Source: a bacterium HR20
GTDB taxonomy: Bacteria; Bacteroidota; Ignavibacteria; Kapaibacteriales; NICIL-2
Direction of reading: 5' to 3'
Assembly (NCBI GenBank): GCA_002898675.1
Contig: BEHW01000002.1
Location: 1 to 44,970 of the forward strand
Length of the DNA stretch: 44,970 nucleotides
In this document: piece by piece, positions 27,669-36,537 of the stretch
Numbering within the stretch: position 1 is the stretch's first letter
How the letters are laid out: each line of letters opens with the position of its first letter
Made by a program: the position numbers and the translations under genes
The notes under the pieces: generated by a model
What the model was told of the DNA's origin: nothing
Databases searched by the model: none
Seen by the model: only the letters and a program-made list of their open reading frames with translations

Positions 27669-28525
27669 CGGAGAAATTCCTCAGGGTCGGTTGTTGGGGT
27701 TTGACGGCTTTGGAGATAGTCGAGCGCTTGACGCGCCGCATTCTGCTCGGCTTCTTTTTTGCTTCTGCCGCTTCCAATGCCCACGCTTGCGCTCCCGACG
27801 TACACAGCAACGGTGAATTGCTTTTCGTGGTCGGGCCCGCTTTCTTCGACAACGCGGTAGCGCGGCGCACTGTAGCCACGCGCTTGGACGTACTCAAGCA
27901 GTAAGCTTTTGAAGTTCGTATCGTGCATGACGCGCTCTTCGAGCATCAGCGGCAACAGGCGCTCTTCGATGAAGCTCCGTGCTTTGTCAAAGCCGTGGTC
28001 GAGATAGACTGCTGCAATCAATGCTTCGACGGCATCGGCAAGCACAGAGTCGTTGCCCTTTGCAAGAGCGTTGGCTGCGCTATAGCTCATCAAGAGAAAC
28101 TTGTCGAGATCGAGCTTGCGGGCACACAGAGCAAGTGAACGCTTGTTGACCAGCCACGACCGCATCTTCGTCAGCTCACCCTCGGCAACATCTTCGTGAT
28201 GGTGAAAAAGGTACTCAGCGATGACCATACCCAAGATCGCATCGCCGAGAAATTCCAGTCGCTCGTTCGACTGCACCGACGGATCGTTCTTGACCTGAAG
28301 GTATGATCGGTGCGTCAGTGCTTCTTCGTAGAGTGCAGGGCTGCGGATATCCACTCCGAGCACTGCTTCGAGGGCGTGACGCCGTTCTCCAACAACATGC
28401 TCGATCGGGCGGCGGGCCTTCCGACGCAGCGTCTCCATCCGTTGGACAGTGAAGCGAACCAGTCCGTTGTAGAGAGAGCGGACAATCTCGGTAACGGAGC
28501 TTTCGATCGGTCGAGATGAACGCAT
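27665..28525 (-). CDS. rnc: Ribonuclease III
   Basis: The RNase III signature is ERLEFLGDAILG. The N-terminal region reads LYEEALTHRSY, and the C-terminal dsRBD reads GPDHEKQFTVAVYV...GSGRSKKEAEQNAA. The track start at 28657 overlaps fabF by 119 nt and is rejected. The ATG at 28525 lies 13 nt after the fabF stop. The ATG at 28438 (METLRRKARRP...) is an equally plausible start. Confidence 0.88.
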   Translation of the reverse strand: MRSSRPIESSVTEIVRSLYNGLVRFTVQRMETLRRKARRPIEHVVGERRHALEAVLGVDIRSPALYEEALTHRSYLQVKNDPSVQSNERLEFLGDAILGMVIAEYLFHHHEDVAEGELTKMRSWLVNKRSLALCARKLDLDKFLLMSYSAANALAKGNDSVLADAVEALIAAVYLDHGFDKARSFIEERLLPLMLEERVMHDTNFKSLLLEYVQARGYSAPRYRVVEESGPDHEKQFTVAVYVGSASVGIGSGRSKKEAEQNAARQALDYLQSRQTPTTDPEEFLR

Positions 28526-28538
28526 AGGCAGATGGAGG

Positions 28539-29786
28539 CTATTGCTCGAAGCGGCGAAAACAGAGCGTAACGTTATGCCCACCGAAGCCAAAGGAATTGC
28601 TAAGCGCTGCGTCAATTGTCCGATACTCTGGTGTGTTAGGGACGTAGTTGAGGTCACACTCAGGATCAGGCGTCGTGTAGTTGATCGTCGGTGGACAAAC
28701 TTGATGGTAAATCGCTAAAATGGTCGCGATTGCCTCGACGGCACCGGCAGCACCGAGCAAGTGCCCTGTCATAGACTTTGTCGAGCTGACCGCCAAGCGG
28801 TAGGCATGTTGACCAAACACGGTTTTTATTGCTTCGGTCTCGTTCTTGTCGTTGTATGGAGTCGAGGTGCCGTGAGCGTTGATGTAGCTGATTTCCTCTG
28901 GTGCAAGGCGGGCATCTTCTAAGCATAGGCGCATCGAGCGAACCGCGCCTTCGCCTCCTGGTGGCGGCGCAGTGATGTGGTATGCATCGTCGGTCAAGCC
29001 GAATCCTGCCAGCTCCGCGTAGATCCGAGCGTTTCGACGCAGTGCATGGTCAAGCGATTCGAGGATGAGTGCCCCGCCACCCTCTCCCATCACAAAGCCA
29101 TCGCGCTCAGCATCGAACGGTCTGCTTGCGCTCTCCGGCGCATCATTGCGCGTTGAAAGCGCCTTCATTGCGTTGAATCCGCCAATGCCCATGGGACAGA
29201 TAACTGCTTCGCTACCGCCGACGATCATTACATCGGCGCATCCACGCTCGATGAGCATTGCACCATCGGCGATCGCGTGCGCGCTCGTTGCACACGCGCT
29301 GACGGTGCCGTAATTCGGCCCGCGAAATTTCCAACGAATGGCAATCTGCCCGGCGGCAATATCCGAGATCAGCATCGGGATGAAAAAGGGCGAGATGCGA
29401 TCGGGCTTCCCTCCATGTTGGTAGAGAAGCTCCTGCTGGCGGTGGTAGGTCCACATCCCACCAATGCCGCTTCCGAAGACAACGCCGACCCGATCGCCAT
29501 CGAGTTGTCCCTCGCTGATGCCTGCATCTTCGAGCGCCATTGCAACAGATGAAATGGCGTACTGTGTGAAAAGGTCCATCCGCTGGACGTCCTTCCGACT
29601 CATGTGGAGGAGCGGATCGTACCCCTTGACTTCGCAGGCAAAGCGGGTTTCGTAGTCGGATGCATCGAACTTGGTAATTGGTCCGGCGCCACTTTTTCCC
29701 TCGAGCATACTTGCCCACATCTCGGCAACAGAATTCCCTATGGGAGTGACAGCCCCCATTCCAGTGACAACAATGCGCTTGCGCAT
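28539..29786 (-). CDS. fabF: 3-oxoacyl-ACP synthase II
   Basis: 415 aa. The active-site Cys context is SACATSAHAI. The His motifs are NAHGTSTP and KSMTGHLLGAAG. Confidence 0.95.
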   Translation of the reverse strand: MRKRIVVTGMGAVTPIGNSVAEMWASMLEGKSGAGPITKFDASDYETRFACEVKGYDPLLHMSRKDVQRMDLFTQYAISSVAMALEDAGISEGQLDGDRVGVVFGSGIGGMWTYHRQQELLYQHGGKPDRISPFFIPMLISDIAAGQIAIRWKFRGPNYGTVSACATSAHAIADGAMLIERGCADVMIVGGSEAVICPMGIGGFNAMKALSTRNDAPESASRPFDAERDGFVMGEGGGALILESLDHALRRNARIYAELAGFGLTDDAYHITAPPPGGEGAVRSMRLCLEDARLAPEEISYINAHGTSTPYNDKNETEAIKTVFGQHAYRLAVSSTKSMTGHLLGAAGAVEAIATILAIYHQVCPPTINYTTPDPECDLNYVPNTPEYRTIDAALSNSFGFGGHNVTLCFRRFEQ

Positions 29787-29817
29787 CGGTTAGAGCGCAA
29801 CTGGTGAAACAAGCTGC

Positions 29818-29852
29818 GCCGGTGTGCACAGTGCACAATTGCGCACACCGGC
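29818..29852 (-). promoter_or_regulatory. Strong hairpin in the acpP-fabF spacer (attenuator or processing-site candidate)
   Basis: A 10-bp perfect stem pairs GCCGGTGTGC (29818-29827) with GCACACCGGC (29843-29852) around a 15-nt loop. On the transcribed (minus) strand it begins 19 nt after the acpP stop and is followed by a weakly T-containing tract (TGCAGCTTGTTT). Confidence 0.55.
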
Positions 29853-29871
29853 TGCAGACATCGGCGGCTGC

Positions 29872-30117
29872 TTAGGATTCTGCGCCGACTTTCGATTCGA
29901 GGAAGCTAATCGCATCGCCGACCGTTTGGATTTTCTCGGCATCACTGTCCTCGATGGTGATGTTGAATGCGCGCTCGAATTCCATGATGAGCTCCACGGT
30001 ATCGAGCGAATCAGCGCCCAAATCCTTCGTGAAGGACGCTGTCGGCGTCACTTGGCTTTCTTCGACACCGAGCTTGTTGACGATAATCTCCTTGACCTTC
30101 TCAGCAACAGCTGACAT
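29872..30117 (-). CDS. acpP: Acyl carrier protein
   Basis: 81 aa from the ATG at 30117: [18 protein letters not shown]...[17 protein letters not shown], with the phosphopantetheine Ser in DSLD. Confidence 0.95.
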   Translation of the reverse strand: MSAVAEKVKEIIVNKLGVEESQVTPTASFTKDLGADSLDTVELIMEFERAFNITIEDSDAEKIQTVGDAISFLESKVGAES

Positions 30118-30168
30118 ACGACGAACCTCGAAAAAGTGAAACATAGAGCATAACGTTCGCTCGTGCTG

Positions 30169-30918
30169 TTAGGGCAGCATAACCATGCCACCATCAACAG
30201 CAATCGTCTGTCCAGTTATGTACGATGCCGCATCGGATAGCAAAAATGCAACGACAGCAGCAATATCAGCACCGACGCCAGCACGTCCAAGCGGAATGCT
30301 CCCAAGGAGCGCCTGCTGTTGCTGCGGGGAAAGCTTGCCTGTCATGTCCGTCTCGATGTACCCAGGGGCGATGCAATTGACCAAGATGTTTCGCGAGGCA
30401 AGCTCACGCGCAATGGACTTTGTAAATGCGATCACGCCTGCTTTTGCGGCCGCGTAGTTTGCTTGTCCTGCATTGCCGGTAATTCCGACCACAGAGCTGA
30501 TGTTGATAATCCGGCCACTTCGCTGTGTGAGCATCGGCCGGAGCACCGCTTTTGTCATTGCGAACACGCTCCGGAGATTGGTCGTCAAGACTTCATCCCA
30601 ATCTTGCTCGCTCATCCGGAGCAGGAGTGCATCGCGCGTGATTCCTGCATTGTTGATGAGCGCATCAACTTTTCCGCTGCTCCCGACGACCGTTTCAACA
30701 AGCTGCACGCACATCGAACTATCACGCACGTCGAGCCGGTGAAACTGAACGTGCCCGCCCTGGCCTTGCAGTTCAGCCTGGATTTTTTCAGCACGCTCGC
30801 TTGAGGCATTGTAGGTCGCATGCACATGTGCACCTTCGCCCGCAAGGTGGCGGACAATTGCCTCACCAATTCCACGGGAACCACCGGTAACAATAACAAC
30901 CTTCCCTGCCAGACTCAT
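30169..30918 (-). CDS. fabG: 3-oxoacyl-ACP reductase
   Basis: 249 aa SDR. The cofactor motif is TGGSRGIG and the catalytic motif is YAAAKAG. It sits in the expected fab-cluster position, and its start overlaps the fabD stop (ATGA). Confidence 0.93.
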   Translation of the reverse strand: MSLAGKVVIVTGGSRGIGEAIVRHLAGEGAHVHATYNASSERAEKIQAELQGQGGHVQFHRLDVRDSSMCVQLVETVVGSSGKVDALINNAGITRDALLLRMSEQDWDEVLTTNLRSVFAMTKAVLRPMLTQRSGRIINISSVVGITGNAGQANYAAAKAGVIAFTKSIARELASRNILVNCIAPGYIETDMTGKLSPQQQQALLGSIPLGRAGVGADIAAVVAFLLSDAASYITGQTIAVDGGMVMLP

Positions 30919-31859
30919 TCGACTGTTACAAGATGGTGACGATTGCGAAGATCCTCCTCGGTATCAATGCCAGCGATTTCAACATCGCTACCGAGTGTGC
31001 GTTTGACCAAACCTTGGAGGACATTTCTCGGGCCAATTTCCACAAAGCGTCGAATACCATCGGCGTACATTGCTCGGAGAATCGCTGTCCAGCGGACTGG
31101 TGCAGTCAGCTGCTCAATGAGGAGCCGACGGATCGTATCAATCTCGCGTTGGGCGGTACCTGTCACGTTCATGTACACAGCTACGCGCGGCGGTTGCATT
31201 GGAGTGTGCAAAATCGCTTCTTCTAAGCGTGCACGTGCAGCTGCCATCAGTGGTGAATGAAACGCTCCACTGACCGGCAGTTCAGTGACCATCCGAGCAC
31301 CTGCCTCTTTGAAGCGTGGAAGGAGCGCTTGTACGGCATCGCGATCGCCGCTGATGACCACCTGTCCGGGTGCGTTATAGTTTGCAGCGACGACAGTTCC
31401 CGTTGCGGTAGCGCAGATTTCCTCGACTGTTGCATCATCCAATCCGATCACCGCGGCCATTGCGCCTGGTTGCTCGATGCCAGCGGTAAACATCAGCTCA
31501 CCTCGCAGCGCAACCAGACGGAGTGCAGAATCGAAATCGAAGGCACCAGCTGCGTAGAGTGCTGTGTACTCTCCGAGCGAATGTCCCGCGACAGCATGAG
31601 CGGATGGATTGCCCAACGCCGCAAGGATTGCTGCCTCATGCACAAAGAGTGCAGGCTGGGTGTACCGCGTCTGTCGGAGCAATTCTTCTGGGCCTTCGAA
31701 ACACAGTGCCGATAGCTTATAGCCAAGAAGATCATCAGCACGATCGAAGATGACACGTGCTGCCTGGCTCGACTGGTAGAGCGAATGCCCCATGCCAACA
31801 TACTGAGAACCTTGTCCACTAAAGAGGAGCGCCGTTGGTAGGTGTGTTGAATGTGCCAT
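30915..31859 (-). CDS. fabD: Malonyl-CoA:ACP transacylase
   Basis: 314 aa. It has FSGQGSQYVGMG and the active-site motif GHSLGEY. Confidence 0.93.
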   Translation of the reverse strand: MAHSTHLPTALLFSGQGSQYVGMGHSLYQSSQAARVIFDRADDLLGYKLSALCFEGPEELLRQTRYTQPALFVHEAAILAALGNPSAHAVAGHSLGEYTALYAAGAFDFDSALRLVALRGELMFTAGIEQPGAMAAVIGLDDATVEEICATATGTVVAANYNAPGQVVISGDRDAVQALLPRFKEAGARMVTELPVSGAFHSPLMAAARARLEEAILHTPMQPPRVAVYMNVTGTAQREIDTIRRLLIEQLTAPVRWTAILRAMYADGIRRFVEIGPRNVLQGLVKRTLGSDVEIAGIDTEEDLRNRHHLVTVE

Positions 31860-31880
31860 AGCAGTTTCAGCGTTGGTTGA

Positions 31881-32879
31881 CTACTCGGATGTTCCTTGCA
31901 AGGACCACCGGAGCCAGAGACTGCCCCAGGTATAGCCTGCGCCGAAGCTTGCCAGGATGAGGTTATCGCCTCGGCGTAGCTTGCCGTCACGGTAGAGTTC
32001 CGATAGACAAATCGGAATCGTTGCTGCAGTTGTGTTGCCGTACCTGTCAATGTTGATAGCAACCTTCTCTTCGGGTAAGCCCATTCGCCGACGTGTTGCG
32101 TCTATGATGCGTAGGTTTGCTTGGTGTGGCACCAGCCATGCGACGTCGTCTGGCTGAAGGCCATTGCGTTCCATGATCGCTGCGGAGACATCTGCCATAC
32201 CAACGACCGCTGCTTTGAAGACGGTTTGCCCATCTTGGTGGACATAGTGCTCCTTATTCGCGACCGTCTCAAGCGATGGTGGCCGGAGACTTCCCCCAGC
32301 AGGCATGTGAAGGTAGCGTCCACCTTCCCCATCCATTCGAATGATGGCATCGAGCACGCCAACGGAGTCATCATCGGTCGGTTCGAGCAACACGACGCCT
32401 GCTCCATCGCCAAAGAGAACACACGTGGCACGATCTTCGAAGTTGATAATCGAGCTCATCTTATCTGCTCCGCAGAGAAGGACATTACGAGCACCGCCAG
32501 CTTCAACCAGCTTTGCTGCAACCCATAGCCCATACACAAAGCCCGAACATGCAGCATTCAAATCAAAGCCCCATGCGTTCGACGCACCAAGCTTGCGCTG
32601 AACATTGGCCGCTGTCGAAGGGAAAAATTGATCTGGTGTAACGGTGCAGACGATGATGCACTCAATCTCTGCTGGGGAAAGTCTCCGTTGCTCGAGCACA
32701 GCGCGTGCTGCGGGGACAATCATGTCCGAGGTAGCGCCCTCGCGAAGGAAACGCCGTTCGATGATACCAGTGCGCTCGCGAATCCACTGATCGCTGGTAT
32801 CGAGAAAGGAGGCGAACCAGTTGTTGTCAAATACGTCCGGAGGCACGTAGTGCGCCACCGCACTGATATGTGCTTTCAT
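31881..32879 (-). CDS. fabH: 3-oxoacyl-ACP synthase III
   Basis: 332 aa. The active-site Cys context is NAACSGFVYG. HQANLRI and YGNTTAATIP are also present. Confidence 0.93.
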   Translation of the reverse strand: MKAHISAVAHYVPPDVFDNNWFASFLDTSDQWIRERTGIIERRFLREGATSDMIVPAARAVLEQRRLSPAEIECIIVCTVTPDQFFPSTAANVQRKLGASNAWGFDLNAACSGFVYGLWVAAKLVEAGGARNVLLCGADKMSSIINFEDRATCVLFGDGAGVVLLEPTDDDSVGVLDAIIRMDGEGGRYLHMPAGGSLRPPSLETVANKEHYVHQDGQTVFKAAVVGMADVSAAIMERNGLQPDDVAWLVPHQANLRIIDATRRRMGLPEEKVAINIDRYGNTTAATIPICLSELYRDGKLRRGDNLILASFGAGYTWGSLWLRWSLQGTSE

Positions 32880-33928
32880 GCCGAGTTCTGTGATGGTGCG
32901 GGCTGCAATAACGCACGTTCGATCTGCTCACCTAGCCGGAGCCGGTGCATTTCCCAGGCGCGGAGGATCATGTTCGCAATCGCAAGTGGCGACGATTTCC
33001 CATGCCCAATGATGACGGTTCCACGCACGCCGAGCAACGGCACACCGCCGTACTTCTGGTAATCGAAGTCGGCCAAGGCGCGCCGCAGCATAGGCGCAAA
33101 CAAACCAACTGCGAGTCGTGTCACAGCATTTCGCCGACTGAAGCGTTCGAGCACTGCTTTGAGCATTGGGAGAATACTTTCGGCGAACTTGAGAACGACG
33201 TTTCCTGTGAAGCCATCGCAGACGACGACATCGGCTGCTCCTCGGAAAATATCGCGCCCTTCGACGTTGCCGATGAAATTGAGAGTACTTGCTTGAAGCA
33301 TTGCATAGGCTTGGCGGACTGTTTCCGTTCCTTTGGTTGCTTCTTCGCCAATGTTGAGCAATCCCACCCGCGGTTTCTCAATGCCACCGATCAGCTCTGC
33401 GTAGAGGCTGCCCATCACAGCGAATTGGTAGAGAAACTGCGGTTTGACTTCGGCATTAGCACCAACATCGAGTACCAGGCAAGGTTTATTGCCGATCGTT
33501 GGGAAAAACGCACCGATCGTCGGACGGCTCACACCTGCGATGCGCCCAAGGAGAAGTGTTGCTGCCGAAAGGACCGCCCCTGTATTACCCGCAGAGACGA
33601 ATGCATCAACCAGATTAGTCCGGTGCAACTCCAACCCGCGGACAAGCGATGAATCCGGCTTGGTGCGAATCACTGCTGCAGGATCATCGTCCATTGCAAC
33701 GACATCTCGCGCCGGCTCGATAGCAATGGTATCGGGGACTGGACGATAACGCACCAGTTCCCGCTCAATGCATGCAGGATCACCAACGAGCACTAGCGAA
33801 TGCTCAACACCCTCGGTGCGAAGCGTTTGGGACGCGCGCACTGCACCTGCCACCTCGTGGGCTGGTGCGTGATCGCCTCCCATCGCATCAACTGCAATGC
33901 GAAATCGTGTTTCCACCGCTTGGTGCAA
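32876..33928 (-). CDS. plsX: Phosphate acyltransferase PlsX
   Basis: The motifs RIAVDAMGGDHAP and ...GNTGA... are present, and the gene lies between rpmF and fabH. The track start at 33928 is a TTG. The GTG at 33916 ((M)ETRFRIAVDAMGGD) is an alternative start. Confidence 0.9.
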   Translation of the reverse strand: MHQAVETRFRIAVDAMGGDHAPAHEVAGAVRASQTLRTEGVEHSLVLVGDPACIERELVRYRPVPDTIAIEPARDVVAMDDDPAAVIRTKPDSSLVRGLELHRTNLVDAFVSAGNTGAVLSAATLLLGRIAGVSRPTIGAFFPTIGNKPCLVLDVGANAEVKPQFLYQFAVMGSLYAELIGGIEKPRVGLLNIGEEATKGTETVRQAYAMLQASTLNFIGNVEGRDIFRGAADVVVCDGFTGNVVLKFAESILPMLKAVLERFSRRNAVTRLAVGLFAPMLRRALADFDYQKYGGVPLLGVRGTVIIGHGKSSPLAIANMILRAWEMHRLRLGEQIERALLQPAPSQNSA

Positions 33929-33944
33929 ACCCCATGCGCGTGGT

Positions 33945-34121
33945 TTAGCTTACCTGGAGAATTTTTCTGCCGTTGTAGTATCCGCACTCAAAGCAGACTG
34001 CGTGTGCCAATTTGGGGGAGCCACAATTGGGACACACCGAGGCCGTGTGCGGCACCGCTTTGTAGTGTGTACGGCGCTTATCCCGACGAGATTTCGAGTG
34101 GCGACGTTTTGGGTTTGGCAT
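33945..34121 (-). CDS. rpmF: 50S ribosomal protein L32
   Basis: 58 aa from the ATG at 34121: MPNPKRRHSKSRRDKRRTHYK...CPNCGSPKLAHAVCFECGYY. Confidence 0.93.
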   Translation of the reverse strand: MPNPKRRHSKSRRDKRRTHYKAVPHTASVCPNCGSPKLAHAVCFECGYYNGRKILQVS

Positions 34122-34145
34122 GGGAATACTCCGATGGTGAAACAA

Positions 34146-34694
34146 TTACGTTCGATTTTCTCCATTGAGCTGCTCCAGCGATGACCACGGACTATCCGTT
34201 CGTGGTGCATCGGACGCAGCAACATGAACATGATCGCCCAGCACCGTACGAGCGTATTCGGCGAACGTCATGTGGCGAAACTGTGGCGCGACACGCTTGA
34301 TTGGTAGCCGCACAGAGAGCTCTTCGGCAACGTCCGTTGTAATATCCACGAACGTATCATCCTCTCGCAACAAGCGAAGGGCATAGGGGTCGTCCTCAAT
34401 GCGCTGCTGTTGGTTCGGCTGACGCAGGTAAAGTTCGGTATCCTGCAAATAGGCAAGGGAGAACGTCGCTTCGATGTGCTCATCGAACACTTCAAGTGAG
34501 TAGTCGCACGTCAAGCGCGCTGTCCCACTTGCCACAAGCTCGAGGACGATTTTCTTCCCCACCTTGCTCAGCATGCCGCTGATCTGCACAGTGCCGACAA
34601 ATTCAGGGAAAATACCTTCAACCTGTTCAACTGCGACTGTGATCGCAATTGGGTGGTCACCATTTGAAAGACCATTGATGGGAAGGCGAATCAT
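34146..34694 (-). CDS. yceD: YceD/DUF177 family protein (large-subunit rRNA/L32-associated)
   Basis: The gene lies immediately upstream of rpmF, as in the E. coli yceD-rpmF-plsX cluster. MIRLPINGLSNGDHPIAI... fits the usual DUF177 N-terminus, and an acidic C-terminal half is present. Alternative ATG starts are at 34721 and 34760. The track TTG at 34775 lies at or upstream of the predicted transcription start. Confidence 0.75.
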   Translation of the reverse strand: MIRLPINGLSNGDHPIAITVAVEQVEGIFPEFVGTVQISGMLSKVGKKIVLELVASGTARLTCDYSLEVFDEHIEATFSLAYLQDTELYLRQPNQQQRIEDDPYALRLLREDDTFVDITTDVAEELSVRLPIKRVAPQFRHMTFAEYARTVLGDHVHVAASDAPRTDSPWSSLEQLNGENRT

Positions 34695-34782
34695 TTCAAC
34701 CTCGCTGGTCGGTAGCAGCATGCCAGGACCGTCGCTATTGCTACGCTGCGCGCGGCACATCACTACTGCACGCAAAGCATCG

Positions 34783-34790
34783 CAAATATA
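34783..34790 (-). promoter_or_regulatory. Bacteroides-type -7 promoter box TATATTTG for the yceD-rpmF-plsX-fab string
   Basis: The plus strand reads CAAATATA, so the minus strand reads TATATTTG, a perfect TAnnTTTG match. It sits in the spacer between the TPR gene stop (34833) and yceD, and is flanked by the imperfect inverted repeat 34767-34780 / 34796-34809. Confidence 0.5.
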
Positions 34791-34832
34791 CGGACATGCT
34801 ACGTGCGCATGGTGCTGTGTGCCAGGAACAGC

Positions 34833-36527
34833 TCATTTGCACTCGAGCTGCTTGAGGTTCTTTTTTGCAATTTCAAGACCCGGATTGAGTCGAAGAGCCT
34901 CACGGTAGTATTTGCACGCATTATCTCGGTCCCCGATTCCTTGATAGCCTACTGCAAGGTAGAGCGCTGCCTCTGGACGATCGCTGTCAGTACGGAACCA
35001 CGATGATGCAACAGACTTGAGCTCGTCATACTGACGCTCTTCAAGCAGAAGCTGGCAATAGAGCGTATAGAGGAGCGCACGATCTGCTGGGGAAGAGGCA
35101 TGGCGAAGCCCTTGCTGCAACGTCGCGATTACTTGTTTTACGGGTTGATTGAGCGATTTCTGCGTCGCCGCGAGCATCCGGTACGCGAAGATGAGCCCGG
35201 AATCTTTCGCGATTGATTGCTCGAGCGCAGAAGCAGCTTCTTGCACTCGGTTGGCGGAAAAGAGCGCTGTACCCATGAGTGCATAGATGCGTGCTGCCAA
35301 GGAATCTGGGCAATTCCTCAAATAGCGCTGGTAGAGTGTGACCGCATCGTCGTACTGCTGTCGCGCGCGATAGAGTTCTGCAAGTCGGTAGATCGTCAAG
35401 CACCGTGTAGAATCTTGATCAACAGCTTGCCGCAGGACTGGAATTGCCGCCGTCGTATCGCCGGAGAGAATCAGTGCGTACCCATAGCGTTCGCGATCAA
35501 GTGTTGATGACAATAGCTGCGGATCCTCAGCTTGAAGTTGGCGAAACTCATTGGCTGCATCTGCATAGCGCTTGACATCGAAGTAGCATCGCGCCAGAAG
35601 CAAGCGTGCTTTCGAGCGAACCGAGTCTATTGCGCGTATCGCAAACTGGAGATGTTCCTCAGCTTCTGCACATTTGCCGATCTTCTCAAGCGACTGCGCC
35701 AGAAACCACCGCGCCAGTGTAGCATTCGGTGCATCTGGACGCAGTCGAACGTACTCTCCGAGCGAAGCCGCCGCTTCCGCAAATCGCGAGGCGTAGAAAA
35801 AGATTTTCCCTTGCTCAAAGTACGCTCGCGCATAGGTCTGATCACGTTTGATGATTTCTGCCCACTGTTGGAGCGAGCGGGTGTAGTATTCGTTTGCAAG
35901 TGCATTGTCCACTACTTCTGCATTCGCCATCCGGAAATAGACCAACGCCAGCTTCTCCCGTGCGGGTATGTTCTCCGGATCAAGTGCGAGCGCTTGTTCG
36001 TAGTTATCTTTCGCCAGCGGGAAGACGCGCTGCGAGTAGTAGAGATCACCGAGTGCGAGGAATCCATCAGGGATGGACTTATTCATTTCGCGTGCTTTGG
36101 TGATCTCCAATTCTGCAGCTTGAATTGAATCAGCAGCAAGTAACGCTTGGCCATAAGCAAGGCGCAAGTAAACATCCCGCGGATTCGACCGCACAGCACG
36201 TCGGAGAACTTCCAATGCTTCAGCATGCTCCCCTTTTTCGCTGAGCAGATGGGCATACTTCCGAAGCGCGAGAGAATTCTCCCGATCCCGCTGGTATGCA
36301 CGTCGGTAGTAGTCGAGCGCTTTGTCTGGCTTCTCGAGCTGCACGGCGATATCCCCAGCGAGGATGAGCGCTTCGACTGAGGACGGTTCACGCTCGAGAT
36401 AGGTTTCGACTGCACGTGCTGCGTCGGCGTACTTTTTCTGCTGGAAGAGTTGCCGAGCATCATCGAGCTGATCAGCGACGGCGCACGACGCTACGATCAG
36501 CGCAAAGCTGAGGAAACGCCAAAGCAT
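34833..36527 (-). CDS. Exported tetratricopeptide-repeat protein (Ton-cluster associated)
   Basis: The ATG at 36527 gives the signal peptide MLWRFLSFALIVASCAVA. TPR-like repeats run throughout (A..Y..AL..DP.N motifs). The longer track start at 36635 overlaps the upstream gene and is rejected. Confidence 0.85.
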   Translation of the reverse strand: MLWRFLSFALIVASCAVADQLDDARQLFQQKKYADAARAVETYLEREPSSVEALILAGDIAVQLEKPDKALDYYRRAYQRDRENSLALRKYAHLLSEKGEHAEALEVLRRAVRSNPRDVYLRLAYGQALLAADSIQAAELEITKAREMNKSIPDGFLALGDLYYSQRVFPLAKDNYEQALALDPENIPAREKLALVYFRMANAEVVDNALANEYYTRSLQQWAEIIKRDQTYARAYFEQGKIFFYASRFAEAAASLGEYVRLRPDAPNATLARWFLAQSLEKIGKCAEAEEHLQFAIRAIDSVRSKARLLLARCYFDVKRYADAANEFRQLQAEDPQLLSSTLDRERYGYALILSGDTTAAIPVLRQAVDQDSTRCLTIYRLAELYRARQQYDDAVTLYQRYLRNCPDSLAARIYALMGTALFSANRVQEAASALEQSIAKDSGLIFAYRMLAATQKSLNQPVKQVIATLQQGLRHASSPADRALLYTLYCQLLLEERQYDELKSVASSWFRTDSDRPEAALYLAVGYQGIGDRDNACKYYREALRLNPGLEIAKKNLKQLECK

Positions 36528-36537
36528 GGTATCGCGG

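Noticed and set aside
28526-28657. N-terminal 44-codon extension of rnc (track start 28657).
   Set aside because: It would overlap the conserved C-terminus of fabF by 119 nt on the same strand. RNase III homology starts much further downstream.
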